Origin: the human T2T-CHM13v2.0 reference genome, Homo sapiens
Length of the DNA: 64,000 nucleotides
Strand: one strand, 5' to 3'
Assembly (NCBI RefSeq): GCF_009914755.1
Contig: NC_060934.1
Shown here one piece after another: positions 1 through 13,577 of this stretch (position 1 is the stretch's first letter; the number at the start of each line of letters is the position of its first letter). Made by a program: the position numbers and the translations under genes. Below the pieces are notes generated by a model. It was given only the letters and a program-made list of their open reading frames with translations. It ran no database searches and was not told the DNA's origin.

Positions 1-300
1 AAGAATTCTCAGTAAATCCTTTGTGTTGTGTGTATTCAACTCACAGAGTGGAACCTTCCTTTATTCAGAGCAGTTTTGAAAAACACTTTTTGTGGAATTT
101 GCAAGTGGAGATTTCAAGCGATTTGACGCCAATCTTAGACATGGAAATATCTTCATATTAAAAGTACACAGAGTCATTCGTAGAAACTAGTTTGTGATGT
201 GTGCCTTCAACTCACAGAGTTTAACCTTTCTTTTCATAGAGCAGTTTGGAAACACTCTATTTGTAAAGTCTGCAAGTGGATATTTGGACCTCTTTGAGGC

Positions 301-317
301 CTTCGTTGGAAACGGGA
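301..317 (+). promoter_or_regulatory. CENP-B box (representative; one per ~340-bp dimer, about 188 positions in the window)
   Basis: CTTCGTTGGAAACGGGA matches the 17-bp CENP-B box (core nTTCGnnnnAnnCGGGn). It recurs at 641, 1320, 1658, 1998..., with the variant CTTCGTTGGAAGCGGGA in dimer D. Confidence 0.97.
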
Positions 318-469
318 TTTCTTCATACAACGCTAGACAGAAGAATTCTCAGTAACTTCTTTGTGTTGTGTGTATTCAACTCACAGAGTTGAACCTTTCT
401 TTAGAGAGAGCAGAGTTGAAACACTCTGTTTTTGGAATTTGCAACTGCAGATTTCAAGCCATTCTAGGC

Positions 470-486
470 CTATGGCAGAAAAGGAA
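470..486 (+). promoter_or_regulatory. pJalpha (A-box)-like motif in the alternate monomer of dimer C/C' (representative)
   Basis: CTATGGCAGAAAAGGAA lies one monomer (169 bp) after the CENP-B box. It differs at 2 positions from the pJalpha motif CTAYGGTGRAAAAGGAA as I recall it. The equivalent site is more degenerate in dimers A, B and D. Confidence 0.65.
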
Positions 487-1021
487 ATATCTTCGTATAA
501 AAACTACACAGAATCATTCTCAACAACTACTTTGTGATGTGTGCGTTCAACTCACAGAGTTTAACCTTTCTTTTCATAGAGCAGTTTGGAAACACTCTGT
601 TTGTAAAGCCTGCAAGTGCTTTTTTGGACTTCATTGAGGCCTTCGTTGGAAACGGGATTTCTTCATATAATGCTAGACAGAAGAATTCTCAGTCACTTCT
701 TTGTGTTGTGTGTATTCAAGTCACAGAGTTGAACCTTCCTTTAGACAGAGCAGTTTTGAAAAATTCTTTCTGTGTAATTTGCAAGTGGAGATTTCAAGCG
801 ATTTGAGGCTAATCTTTGAAATGGAAATATCTTCGTGTAAAAACTACACAGAATCATTCTCAGAAACTGCTTTGTCATCTGTGCGTTCAGTTCACAGACT
901 TTCACCTTTCTCTTCATAGAGCAGTTTGGAAAGACTCTGTCTGTAAAGTCTGCAAGTGATTAGTTAGACCCCTTTGAGGCCTTCGTTGGAAGTGGGATTT
1001 CTCATTTACTGCTAGACAGAA

Positions 1022-2378
1022 GAATTCTCAGTAAATCCTTTGTGTTGTGTGTATTCAACTCACAGAGTGGAACCTTCCTTTATTCAGAGCAGTTTTGAAA
1101 CACTCTTTTTGTGGAATTTGCAAGTGGAGATTTCAAGCGATTTGACGCCAATCTTAGACATGGAAATATCTTCATATTAAAAGTACACAGAGTCATTCGT
1201 AGAAACTAGTTTGTGATGTGTGCCTTCAACTCACAGAGTTTAACCTTTCTTTTCATAGAGCAGTTGGGAAACACTCTATTTGTAAAGTCTGCAAGTGGAT
1301 ATTTGGACCTCTTTGAGGCCTTCGTTGGAAACGGGATTTCTTCATATAACGCTAGACAGAAGAATTCTCAGTAACTTCTTTGTGTTGTGTGTATTCAACT
1401 CACAGAGTTGAACCTTTCTTTAGAGGGAGCAGAGGTGAAACACTCTTTTTGTGGAATTTGCTAGTGTAGATTTCAAACGCTTCGAAGACAGTGATAGAAA
1501 AGGATATATCTTCGTATTAAAAGTAGACAAAATCATTCTCAGAAAACTCTTTGTGATGTGTGTGTTCAACTCACAGAGTTTAACCTTTCTTTAATCGAGC
1601 AGTTTGGAAATACACTCTTTGTAAGTCTGCAGGTGGATATTTGGCCCTCTTTGAGCCCTTCGTTGGAAACGGGATTTCCTCATATAATGCTAGACAGAAG
1701 AATTCTCAGTAACTTCTTTGTGTTGTTTGTATTCAACACACAGATTTGAACCTTCCTTTAGAGAGAGCAGATTTGAAACACTCTGTTTTTGGAATTTGCA
1801 AGTGCAGATTTCAAGCGCTTCTAGGCCTATGGCAGAAAAGGAAATATCTTCGTATAAAAACTACACAGAATCATTCTCAACAACTACTTTGTGATGTGTG
1901 CGTTCAACTCACAGAGTTTAACCTTTCTTTTCATAGAGCAGTTTGGAAACACTCTGTTTGTAAAGCCTGCAAGTGCTTTTTTGGACTTCATTGAGGCCTT
2001 CGTTGGAAACGGGATTTCTTCATATAATGCTAGACAGAAGAATTCTCAGTCACTTCTTTGTGTTGTGTGTATTCAAGTCACAGAGTTGAGCCTTCCTTTA
2101 GACAGAGCAGTTTTGAAAAATTCTTTCTGTGGAGTTTGCAAGTGGAGATTTCAAGCGATTTGAGGCTAATCTTTGAAATGGAAATATCTTCGTGTAAAAA
2201 CTACACAGAATCATTCTCAGAAACTGCTTTGTCATCTGTGCGTTCAGTTCACAGAGTTTCACCTTTCTCTTCATAGAGCAGTTTGGAAAGACTCTGTCTG
2301 TAAAGTCTGCAAGTGATTAGTTAGACCCCTTTGAGGCCTTCGTTGGAAGCGGGATTTCTCATTTACTGCTAGACAGAA
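1022..2378 (+). repeat. Representative 8-mer HOR (1357 bp): dimers A (1022-1361), B (1362-1699), C (1700-2039), D (2040-2378)
   Basis: EcoRI spacing 340+338+340+339. Markers: A GACGCCAATCTTAGACATGG; B CTTCGAAGACAGTGATAG; C CTAGGCCTATGGCAG; D GATTAGTTAGACCCC. 28 copies, counted from the spacing of the once-per-HOR 72-aa ORF. Confidence 0.96.
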
Positions 2379-5300
2379 GAATTCTCAGTAAATCCTTTGT
2401 GTTGTGTGTATTCAACTCACAGAGTGGAACCTTCCTTTATTCAGAGCAGTTTTGAAAAACACTTTTTGTGGAATTTGCAAGTGGAGATTTCAAGCGATTT
2501 GACGCCAATCTTAGACATGGAAATGTCTTCATATTAAAAGTACACAGAGTCATTCGTAGAAACTAGTTTGTGATGTGTGCCTTCAACTCACAGAGTTTAA
2601 CCTTTCTTTTCATAGAGCAGTTGGGAAACACTCTATTTGTAAAGTCTGCAAGTGGATATTTGGACCTCTTTGAGGCCTTCGTTGGAAACGGGATTTCTTC
2701 ATATAACGCTAGACAGAAGAATTCTCAGTAACTTCTTTGTGTTGTGTGTATTCAACTCACAGAGTTGAACCTTTCTTTAGAGGGAGCAGAGGTGAAACAC
2801 TCTTTTTGTGGAATTTGCTAGTGTAGATTTCAAACGCTTCGAAGACAGTGATAGAAAAGGATATATCTTCGTATTAAAAGTAGACAAAATCATTCTCAGA
2901 AAACTCTTTGTGATGTGTGTGTTCAACTCACAGAGTTTAACCTTTCTTTAATCGAGCAGTTTGGAAATACACTCTTTGTAAGTCTGCAGGTGGATATTTG
3001 GCCCTCTTTGAGCCCTTCGTTGGAAACGGGATTTCCTCATATAATGCTAGACAGAAGAATTCTCAGTAACTTCTTTGTGTTGTTTGTATTCAACACACAG
3101 ATTTGAACCTTCCTTTAGAGAGAGCAGATTTGAAACACTCTGTTTTTGGAATTTGCAAGTGCAGATTTCAAGCGCTTCTAGGCCTATGGCAGAAAAGGAA
3201 ATATCTTCGTATAAAAACTACACAGAATCATTCTCAACAACTACTTTGTGATGTGTGCGTTCAACTCACAGAGTTTAACCTTTCTTTTCATAGAGCAGTT
3301 TGGAAACACTCTGTTTGTAAAGCCTGCAAGTGCTTTTTTGGACTTCATTGAGGCCTTCGTTGGAAACGGGATTTCTTCATATAATGCTAGACAGAAGAAT
3401 TCTCAGTCACTTCTTTGTGTTGTGTGTATTCAAGTCACAGAGTTGAGCCTTCCTTTAGACAGAGCAGTTTTGAAAAATTCTTTCTGTGGAGTTTGCAAGT
3501 GGAGATTTCAAGCGATTTGAGGCTAATCTTTGAAATGGAAATATCTTCGTGTAAAAACTACACAGAATCATTCTCAGAAACTGCTTTGTCATCTGTGCGT
3601 TCAGTTCACAGAGTTTCACCTTTCTCTTCATAGAGCAGTTTGGAAAGACTCTGTCTGTAAAGTCTGCAAGTGATTAGTTAGACCCCTTTGAGGCCTTCGT
3701 TGGAAGCGGGATTTCTCATTTACTGCTAGACAGAAGAATTCTCAGTAAATCCTTTGTGTTGTGTGTATTCAACTCACAGAGTGGAACCTTCCTTTATTCA
3801 GAGCAGTTTTGAAAAACACTTTTTGTGGAATTTGCAAGTGGAGATTTCAAGCGATTTGACGCCAATCTTAGACATGGAAATATCTTCATATTAAAAGTAC
3901 ACAGAGTCATTCGTAGAAACTAGTTTGTGATGTGTGCCTTCAACTCACAGAGTTTAACCTTTCTTTTCATAGAGCAGTTTGGAAACACTCTATTTGTAAA
4001 GTCTGCAAGTGGATATTTGGACCTCTTTGAGGCCTTCGTTGGAAACGGGATTTCTTCATACAACGCTAGACAGAAGAATTCTCAGTAACTTCTTTGTGTT
4101 GTGTGTATTCAACTCACAGAGTTGAACCTTTCTTTAGAGAGAGCAGAGTTGAAACACTCTGTTTTTGGAATTTGCAACTGCAGATTTCAAGCCATTCTAG
4201 GCCTATGGCAGAAAAGGAAATATCTTCGTATAAAAACTACACAGAATCATTCTCAACAACTACTTTGTGATGTGTGCGTTCAACTCACAGAGTTTAACCT
4301 TTCTTTTCATAGAGCAGTTTGGAAACACTCTGTTTGTAAAGCCTGCAAGTGCTTTTTTGGACTTCATTGAGGCCTTCGTTGGAAACGGGATTTCTTCATA
4401 TAATGCTAGACAGAAGAATTCTCAGTCACTTCTTTGTGTTGTGTGTATTCAAGTCACAGAGTTGAACCTTCCTTTAGACAGAGCAGTTTTGAAAAATTCT
4501 TTCTGTGTAATTTGCAAGTGGAGATTTCAAGCGATTTGAGGCTAATCTTTGAAATGGAAATATCTTCGTGTAAAAACTACACAGAATCATTCTCAGAAAC
4601 TGCTTTGTCATCTGTGCGTTCAGTTCACAGACTTTCACCTTTCTCTTCATAGAGCAGTTTGGAAAGACTCTGTCTGTAAAGTCTGCAAGTGATTAGTTAG
4701 ACCCCTTTGAGGCCTTCGTTGGAAGTGGGATTTCTCATTTACTGCTAGACAGAAGAATTCTCAGTAAATCCTTTGTGTTGTGTGTATTCAACTCACAGAG
4801 TGGAACCTTCCTTTATTCAGAGCAGTTTTGAAACACTCTTTTTGTGGAATTTGCAAGTGGAGATTTCAAGCGATTTGACGCCAATCTTAGACATGGAAAT
4901 ATCTTCATATTAAAAGTACACAGAGTCATTCGTAGAAACTAGTTTGTGATGTGTGCCTTCAACTCACAGAGTTTAACCTTTCTTTTCATAGAGCAGTTGG
5001 GAAACACTCTATTTGTAAAGTCTGCAAGTGGATATTTGGACCTCTTTGAGGCCTTCGTTGGAAACGGGATTTCTTCATATAACGCTAGACAGAAGAATTC
5101 TCAGTAACTTCTTTGTGTTGTGTGTATTCAACTCACAGAGTTGAACCTTTCTTTAGAGGGAGCAGAGGTGAAACACTCTTTTTGTGGAATTTGCTAGTGT
5201 AGATTTCAAACGCTTCGAAGACAGTGATAGAAAAGGATATATCTTCGTATTAAAAGTAGACAAAATCATTCTCAGAAAACTCTTTGTGATGTGTGTGTTC

Positions 5301-8300
5301 AACTCACAGAGTTTAACCTTTCTTTAATCGAGCAGTTTGGAAATACACTCTTTGTAAGTCTGCAGGTGGATATTTGGCCCTCTTTGAGCCCTTCGTTGGA
5401 AACGGGATTTCCTCATATAATGCTAGACAGAAGAATTCTCAGTAACTTCTTTGTGTTGTTTGTATTCAACACACAGATTTGAACCTTCCTTTAGAGAGAG
5501 CAGATTTGAAACACTCTGTTTTTGGAATTTGCAAGTGCAGATTTCAAGCGCTTCTAGGCCTATGGCAGAAAAGGAAATATCTTCGTATAAAAACTACACA
5601 GAATCATTCTCAACAACTACTTTGTGATGTGTGCGTTCAACTCACAGAGTTTAACCTTTCTTTTCATAGAGCAGTTTGGAAACACTCTGTTTGTAAAGCC
5701 TGCAAGTGCTTTTTTGGACTTCATTGAGGCCTTCGTTGGAAACGGGATTTCTTCATATAATGCTAGACAGAAGAATTCTCAGTCACTTCTTTGTGTTGTG
5801 TGTATTCAAGTCACAGAGTTGAGCCTTCCTTTAGACAGAGCAGTTTTGAAAAATTCTTTCTGTGGAGTTTGCAAGTGGAGATTTCAAGCGATTTGAGGCT
5901 AATCTTTGAAATGGAAATATCTTCGTGTAAAAACTACACAGAATCATTCTCAGAAACTGCTTTGTCATCTGTGCGTTCAGTTCACAGAGTTTCACCTTTC
6001 TCTTCATAGAGCAGTTTGGAAAGACTCTGTCTGTAAAGTCTGCAAGTGATTAGTTAGACCCCTTTGAGGCCTTCGTTGGAAGCGGGATTTCTCATTTACT
6101 GCTAGACAGAAGAATTCTCAGTAAATCCTTTGTGTTGTGTGTATTCAACTCACAGAGTGGAACCTTCCTTTATTCAGAGCAGTTTTGAAAAACACTTTTT
6201 GTGGAATTTGCAAGTGGAGATTTCAAGCGATTTGACGCCAATCTTAGACATGGAAATGTCTTCATATTAAAAGTACACAGAGTCATTCGTAGAAACTAGT
6301 TTGTGATGTGTGCCTTCAACTCACAGAGTTTAACCTTTCTTTTCATAGAGCAGTTGGGAAACACTCTATTTGTAAAGTCTGCAAGTGGATATTTGGACCT
6401 CTTTGAGGCCTTCGTTGGAAACGGGATTTCTTCATATAACGCTAGACAGAAGAATTCTCAGTAACTTCTTTGTGTTGTGTGTATTCAACTCACAGAGTTG
6501 AACCTTTCTTTAGAGGGAGCAGAGGTGAAACACTCTTTTTGTGGAATTTGCTAGTGTAGATTTCAAACGCTTCGAAGACAGTGATAGAAAAGGATATATC
6601 TTCGTATTAAAAGTAGACAAAATCATTCTCAGAAAACTCTTTGTGATGTGTGTGTTCAACTCACAGAGTTTAACCTTTCTTTAATCGAGCAGTTTGGAAA
6701 TACACTCTTTGTAAGTCTGCAGGTGGATATTTGGCCCTCTTTGAGCCCTTCGTTGGAAACGGGATTTCCTCATATAATGCTAGACAGAAGAATTCTCAGT
6801 AACTTCTTTGTGTTGTTTGTATTCAACACACAGATTTGAACCTTCCTTTAGAGAGAGCAGATTTGAAACACTCTGTTTTTGGAATTTGCAAGTGCAGATT
6901 TCAAGCGCTTCTAGGCCTATGGCAGAAAAGGAAATATCTTCGTATAAAAACTACACAGAATCATTCTCAACAACTACTTTGTGATGTGTGCGTTCAACTC
7001 ACAGAGTTTAACCTTTCTTTTCATAGAGCAGTTTGGAAACACTCTGTTTGTAAAGCCTGCAAGTGCTTTTTTGGACTTCATTGAGGCCTTCGTTGGAAAC
7101 GGGATTTCTTCATATAATGCTAGACAGAAGAATTCTCAGTCACTTCTTTGTGTTGTGTGTATTCAAGTCACAGAGTTGAGCCTTCCTTTAGACAGAGCAG
7201 TTTTGAAAAATTCTTTCTGTGGAGTTTGCAAGTGGAGATTTCAAGCGATTTGAGGCTAATCTTTGAAATGGAAATATCTTCGTGTAAAAACTACACAGAA
7301 TCATTCTCAGAAACTGCTTTGTCATCTGTGCGTTCAGTTCACAGAGTTTCACCTTTCTCTTCATAGAGCAGTTTGGAAAGACTCTGTCTGTAAAGTCTGC
7401 AAGTGATTAGTTAGACCCCTTTGAGGCCTTCGTTGGAAGCGGGATTTCTCATTTACTGCTAGACAGAAGAATTCTCAGTAAATCCTTTGTGTTGTGTGTA
7501 TTCAACTCACAGAGTGGAACCTTCCTTTATTCAGAGCAGTTTTGAAAAACACTTTTTGTGGAATTTGCAAGTGGAGATTTCAAGCGATTTGACGCCAATC
7601 TTAGACATGGAAATATCTTCATATTAAAAGTACACAGAGTCATTCGTAGAAACTAGTTTGTGATGTGTGCCTTCAACTCACAGAGTTTAACCTTTCTTTT
7701 CATAGAGCAGTTTGGAAACACTCTATTTGTAAAGTCTGCAAGTGGATATTTGGACCTCTTTGAGGCCTTCGTTGGAAACGGGATTTCTTCATACAACGCT
7801 AGACAGAAGAATTCTCAGTAACTTCTTTGTGTTGTGTGTATTCAACTCACAGAGTTGAACCTTTCTTTAGAGAGAGCAGAGTTGAAACACTCTGTTTTTG
7901 GAATTTGCAACTGCAGATTTCAAGCCATTCTAGGCCTATGGCAGAAAAGGAAATATCTTCGTATAAAAACTACACAGAATCATTCTCAACAACTACTTTG
8001 TGATGTGTGCGTTCAACTCACAGAGTTTAACCTTTCTTTTCATAGAGCAGTTTGGAAACACTCTGTTTGTAAAGCCTGCAAGTGCTTTTTTGGACTTCAT
8101 TGAGGCCTTCGTTGGAAACGGGATTTCTTCATATAATGCTAGACAGAAGAATTCTCAGTCACTTCTTTGTGTTGTGTGTATTCAAGTCACAGAGTTGAAC
8201 CTTCCTTTAGACAGAGCAGTTTTGAAAAATTCTTTCTGTGGAATTTGCAAGTGGAGATTTCAAGCGATTTGAGGCTAATCTTTGAAATGGAAATATCTTC

Positions 8301-11300
8301 GTGTAAAAACTACACAGAATCATTCTCAGAAACTGCTTTGTCATCTGTGCGTTCAGTTCACAGACTTTCACCTTTCTCTTCATAGAGCAGTTTGGAAAGA
8401 CTCTGTCTGTAAAGTCTGCAAGTGATTAGTTAGACCCCTTTGAGGCCTTCGTTGGAAGCGGGATTTCTCATTTACTGCTAGACAGAAGAATTCTCAGTAA
8501 ATCCTTTGTGTTGTGTGTATTCAACTCACAGAGTGGAACCTTCCTTTATTCAGAGCAGTTTTGAAACACTCTTTTTGTGGAATTTGCAAGTGGAGATTTC
8601 AAGCGATTTGACGCCAATCTTAGACATGGAAATATCTTCATATTAAAAGTACACAGAGTCATTCGTAGAAACTAGTTTGTGATGTGTGCCTTCAACTCAC
8701 AGAGTTTAACCTTTCTTTTCATAGAGCAGTTGGGAAACACTCTATTTGTAAAGTCTGCAAGTGGATATTTGGACCTCTTTGAGGCCTTCGTTGGAAACGG
8801 GATTTCTTCATATAACGCTAGACAGAAGAATTCTCAGTAACTTCTTTGTGTTGTGTGTATTCAACTCACAGAGTTGAACCTTTCTTTAGAGGGAGCAGAG
8901 GTGAAACACTCTTTTTGTGGAATTTGCTAGTGTAGATTTCAAACGCTTCGAAGACAGTGATAGAAAAGGATATATCTTCGTATTAAAAGTAGACAAAATC
9001 ATTCTCAGAAAACTCTTTGTGATGTGTGTGTTCAACTCACAGAGTTTAACCTTTCTTTAATCGAGCAGTTTGGAAATACACTCTTTGTAAGTCTGCAGGT
9101 GGATATTTGGCCCTCTTTGAGCCCTTCGTTGGAAACGGGATTTCCTCATATAATGCTAGACAGAAGAATTCTCAGTAACTTCTTTGTGTTGTTTGTATTC
9201 AACACACAGATTTGAACCTTCCTTTAGAGAGAGCAGATTTGAAACACTCTGTTTTTGGAATTTGCAAGTGCAGATTTCAAGCGCTTCTAGGCCTATGGCA
9301 GAAAAGGAAATATCTTCGTATAAAAACTACACAGAATCATTCTCAACAACTACTTTGTGATGTGTGCGTTCAACTCACAGAGTTTAACCTTTCTTTTCAT
9401 AGAGCAGTTTGGAAACACTCTGTTTGTAAAGCCTGCAAGTGCTTTTTTGGACTTCATTGAGGCCTTCGTTGGAAACGGGATTTCTTCATATAATGCTAGA
9501 CAGAAGAATTCTCAGTCACTTCTTTGTGTTGTGTGTATTCAAGTCACAGAGTTGAACCTTCCTTTAGACAGAGCAGTTTTGAAAAATTCTTTCTGTGGAG
9601 TTTGCAAGTGGAGATTTCAAGCGATTTGAGGCTAATCTTTGAAATGGAAATATCTTCGTGTAAAAACTACACAGAATCATTCTCAGAAACTGCTTTGTCA
9701 TCTGTGCGTTCAGTTCACAGAGTTTCACCTTTCTCTTCATAGAGCAGTTTGGAAAGACTCTGTCTGTAAAGTCTGCAAGTGATTAGTTAGACCCCTTTGA
9801 GGCCTTCGTTGGAAGCGGGATTTCTCATTTACTGCTAGACAGAAGAATTCTCAGTAAATCCTTTGTGTTGTGTGTATTCAACTCACAGAGTGGAACCTTC
9901 CTTTATTCAGAGCAGTTTTGAAAAACACTTTTTGTGGAATTTGCAAGTGGAGATTTCAAGCGATTTGACGCCAATCTTAGACATGGAAATATCTTCATAT
10001 TAAAAGTACACAGAGTCATTCGTAGAAACTAGTTTGTGATGTGTGCCTTCAACTCACAGAGTTTAACCTTTCTTTTCATAGAGCAGTTTGGAAACACTCT
10101 ATTTGTAAAGTCTGCAAGTGGATATTTGGACCTCTTTGAGGCCTTCGTTGGAAACGGGATTTCTTCATATAACGCTAGACAGAAGAATTCTCAGTAACTT
10201 CTTTGTGTTGTGTGTATTCAACTCACAGAGTTGAACCTTTCTTTAGAGGGAGCAGAGGTGAAACACTCTTTTTGTGGAATTTGCTAGTGTAGATTTCAAA
10301 CGCTTCGAAGACAGTGATAGAAAAGGATATATCTTCGTATTAAAAGTAGACAAAATCATTCTCAGAAAACTCTTTGTGATGTGTGTGTTCAACTCACAGA
10401 GTTTAACCTTTCTTTAATCGAGCAGTTTGGAAATACACTCTTTGTAAGTCTGCAGGTGGATATTTGGCCCTCTTTGAGCCCTTCGTTGGAAACGGGATTT
10501 CCTCATATAATGCTAGACAGAAGAATTCTCAGTAACTTCTTTGTGTTGTTTGTATTCAACACACAGATTTGAACCTTCCTTTAGAGAGAGCAGATTTGAA
10601 ACACTCTGTTTTTGGAATTTGCAAGTGCAGATTTCAAGCGCTTCTAGGCCTATGGCAGAAAAGGAAATATCTTCGTATAAAAACTACACAGAATCATTCT
10701 CAACAACTACTTTGTGATGTGTGCGTTCAACTCACAGAGTTTAACCTTTCTTTTCATAGAGCAGTTTGGAAACACTCTGTTTGTAAAGCCTGCAAGTGCT
10801 TTTTTGGACTTCATTGAGGCCTTCGTTGGAAACGGGATTTCTTCATATAATGCTAGACAGAAGAATTCTCAGTCACTTCTTTGTGTTGTGTGTATTCAAG
10901 TCACAGAGTTGAGCCTTCCTTTAGACAGAGCAGTTTTGAAAAATTCTTTCTGTGGAGTTTGCAAGTGGAGATTTCAAGCGATTTGAGGCTAATCTTTGAA
11001 ATGGAAATATCTTCGTGTAAAAACTACACAGAATCATTCTCAGAAACTGCTTTGTCATCTGTGCGTTCAGTTCACAGAGTTTCACCTTTCTCTTCATAGA
11101 GCAGTTTGGAAAGACTCTGTCTGTAAAGTCTGCAAGTGATTAGTTAGACCCCTTTGAGGCCTTCGTTGGAAGCGGGATTTCTCATTTACTGCTAGACAGA
11201 AGAATTCTCAGTAAATCCTTTGTGTTGTGTGTATTCAACTCACAGAGTGGAACCTTCCTTTATTCAGAGCAGTTTTGAAAAACACTTTTTGTGGAATTTG

Positions 11301-13577
11301 CAAGTGGAGATTTCAAGCGATTTGACGCCAATCTTAGACATGGAAATGTCTTCATATTAAAAGTACACAGAGTCATTCGTAGAAACTAGTTTGTGATGTG
11401 TGCCTTCAACTCACAGAGTTTAACCTTTCTTTTCATAGAGCAGTTTGGAAACACTCTATTTGTAAAGTCTGCAAGTGGATATTTGGACCTCTTTGAGGCC
11501 TTCGTTGGAAACGGGATTTCTTCATACAACGCTAGACAGAAGAATTCTCAGTAACTTCTTTGTGTTGTGTGTATTCAACTCACAGAGTTGAACCTTTCTT
11601 TAGAGAGAGCAGAGTTGAAACACTCTGTTTTTGGAATTTGCAACTGCAGATTTCAAGCGATTCTAGGCCTATGGCAGAAAAGGAAATATCTTCGTATAAA
11701 AACTACACAGAATCATTCTCAACAACTACTTTGTGATGTGTGCGTTCAACTCACAGAGTTTAACCTTTCTTTTCATAGACCAGTTTGGAAACACTCTGTT
11801 TGTAAAGCCTGCAAGTGCTTTTTTGGACTTCATTGAGGCCTTCGTTGGAAACGGGATTTCTTCATATAATGCTAGACAGAAGAATTCTCAGTCACTTCTT
11901 TGTGTTGTGTGTATTCAAGTCACAGAGTTGAACCTTCCTTTAGACAGAGCAATTTTGAAAAATTCTTTCTGTGTAATTTGCAAGTGGAGATTTCAAGCGA
12001 TTTGAGGCTAATCTTTGAAATGGAAATATCTTCGTGTAAAAACTACACAGAATCGTTCTCAGAAACTGCTTTGTCATCTGTGCGTTCAGTTCACAGAGTT
12101 TCACCTTTCTCTTCATAGAGCAGTTTGGAAAGACTCTGTCTGTAAAGTCTGCAAGTGATTAGTTAGACCCCTTTGAGGCCTTCGTTGGAAGCGGGATTTC
12201 TCATTTACTGCTAGACAGAAGAATTCTCAGTAAATCCTTTGTGTTGTGTGTATTCAACTCACAGAGTGGAACCTTCCTTTATTCAGAGCAGTTTTGAAAC
12301 ACTCTTTTTGTGGAATTTGCAAGTGGAGATTTCAAGAGATTTGACGCCAATCTTAGACATGGAAATATCTTCATATTAAAAGTACACAGAGTCATTCGTA
12401 GAAACTAGTTTGTGATGTGTGCCTTCAACTCACAGAGTTTAACCTTTCTTTTCATAGAGCAGTTGGGAAACACTCTATTTGTAAAGTCTGCAAGTGGATA
12501 TTTGGACCTCTTTGAGGCCTTCGTTGGAAACGGGATTTCTTCATATAACGCTAGACAGAAGAATTCTCAGTAACTTCTTTGTGTTGTGTGTATTCAACTC
12601 ACAGAGTTGAACCTTTCTTTAGAGGGAGCAGAGGTGAAACACTCTTTTTGTGGAATTTGCTAGTGTAGATTTCAAACGCTTCGAAGACAGTGATAGAAAA
12701 GGATATATCTTCGTATTAAAAGTAGACAAAATCATTCTCAGAAAACTCTTTGTGATGTGTGTGTTCAACTCACAGAGTTTAACCTTTCTTTAATCGAGCA
12801 GTTTGGAAATACACTCTTTGTAAGTCTGCAGGTGGATATTTGGCCCTCTTTGAGCCCTTCGTTGGAAACGGGATTTCCTCATATAATGCTAGACAGAAGA
12901 ATTCTCAGTAACTTCTTTGTGTTGTTTGTATTCAACACACAGATTTGAACCTTCCTTTAGAGAGAGCAGATTTGAAACACTCTGTTTTTGGAATTTGCAA
13001 GTGCAGATTTCAAGCGCTTCTAGGCCTATGGCAGAAAAGGAAATATCTTCGTATAAAAACTACACAGAATCATTCTCAACAACTACTTTGTGATGTGTGC
13101 GTTCAACTCACAGAGTTTAACCTTTCTTTTCATAGAGCAGTTTGGAAACACTCTGTTTGTAAAGCCTGCAAGTGCTTTTTTGGACTTCATTGAGGCCTTC
13201 GTTGGAAACGGGATTTCTTCATATAATGCTAGACAGAAGAATTCTCAGTCACTTCTTTGTGTTGTGTGTATTCAAGTCACAGAGTTGAACCTTCCTTTAG
13301 ACAGAGCAGTTTTGAAAAATTCTTTCTGTGGAGTTTGCAAGTGGAGATTTCAAGCGATTTGAGGCTAATCTTTGAAATGGAAATATCTTCGTGTAAAAAC
13401 TACACAGAATCATTCTCAGAAACTGCTTTGTCATCTGTGCGTTCAGTTCACAGAGTTTCACCTTTCTCTTCATAGAGCAGTTTGGAAAGACTCTGTCTGT
13501 AAAGTCTGCAAGTGATTAGTTAGACCCCTTTGAGGCCTTCGTTGGAAGCGGGATTTCTCATTTACTGCTAGACAGAA

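Larger units (their letters stand above)
3..1021 (+). repeat. Representative 6-mer HOR (1019 bp): dimers A (3-342), C' (343-682), D (683-1021)
   Basis: EcoRI spacing 340+340+339; lacks dimer B markers (GAAGACAGTGATAG, TTAATCGAGC). Other copies start at 3736, 7469, 11202, 14937, 18332, 20708, 23084, 25460, 27836, 31569, 33945, 39035, 41411, 43787, 47180, 49556, 51932, 54308, 57701, 61434. Confidence 0.95.
3..11201 (+). repeat. Three tandem 22-mer super-repeats (6+8+8; 3733 bp)
   Basis: 6-mer starts at 3, 3736, 7469, 11202, each 3733 bp apart. ORF starts 368/4101/7834/11567 show the same period. Confidence 0.93.
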
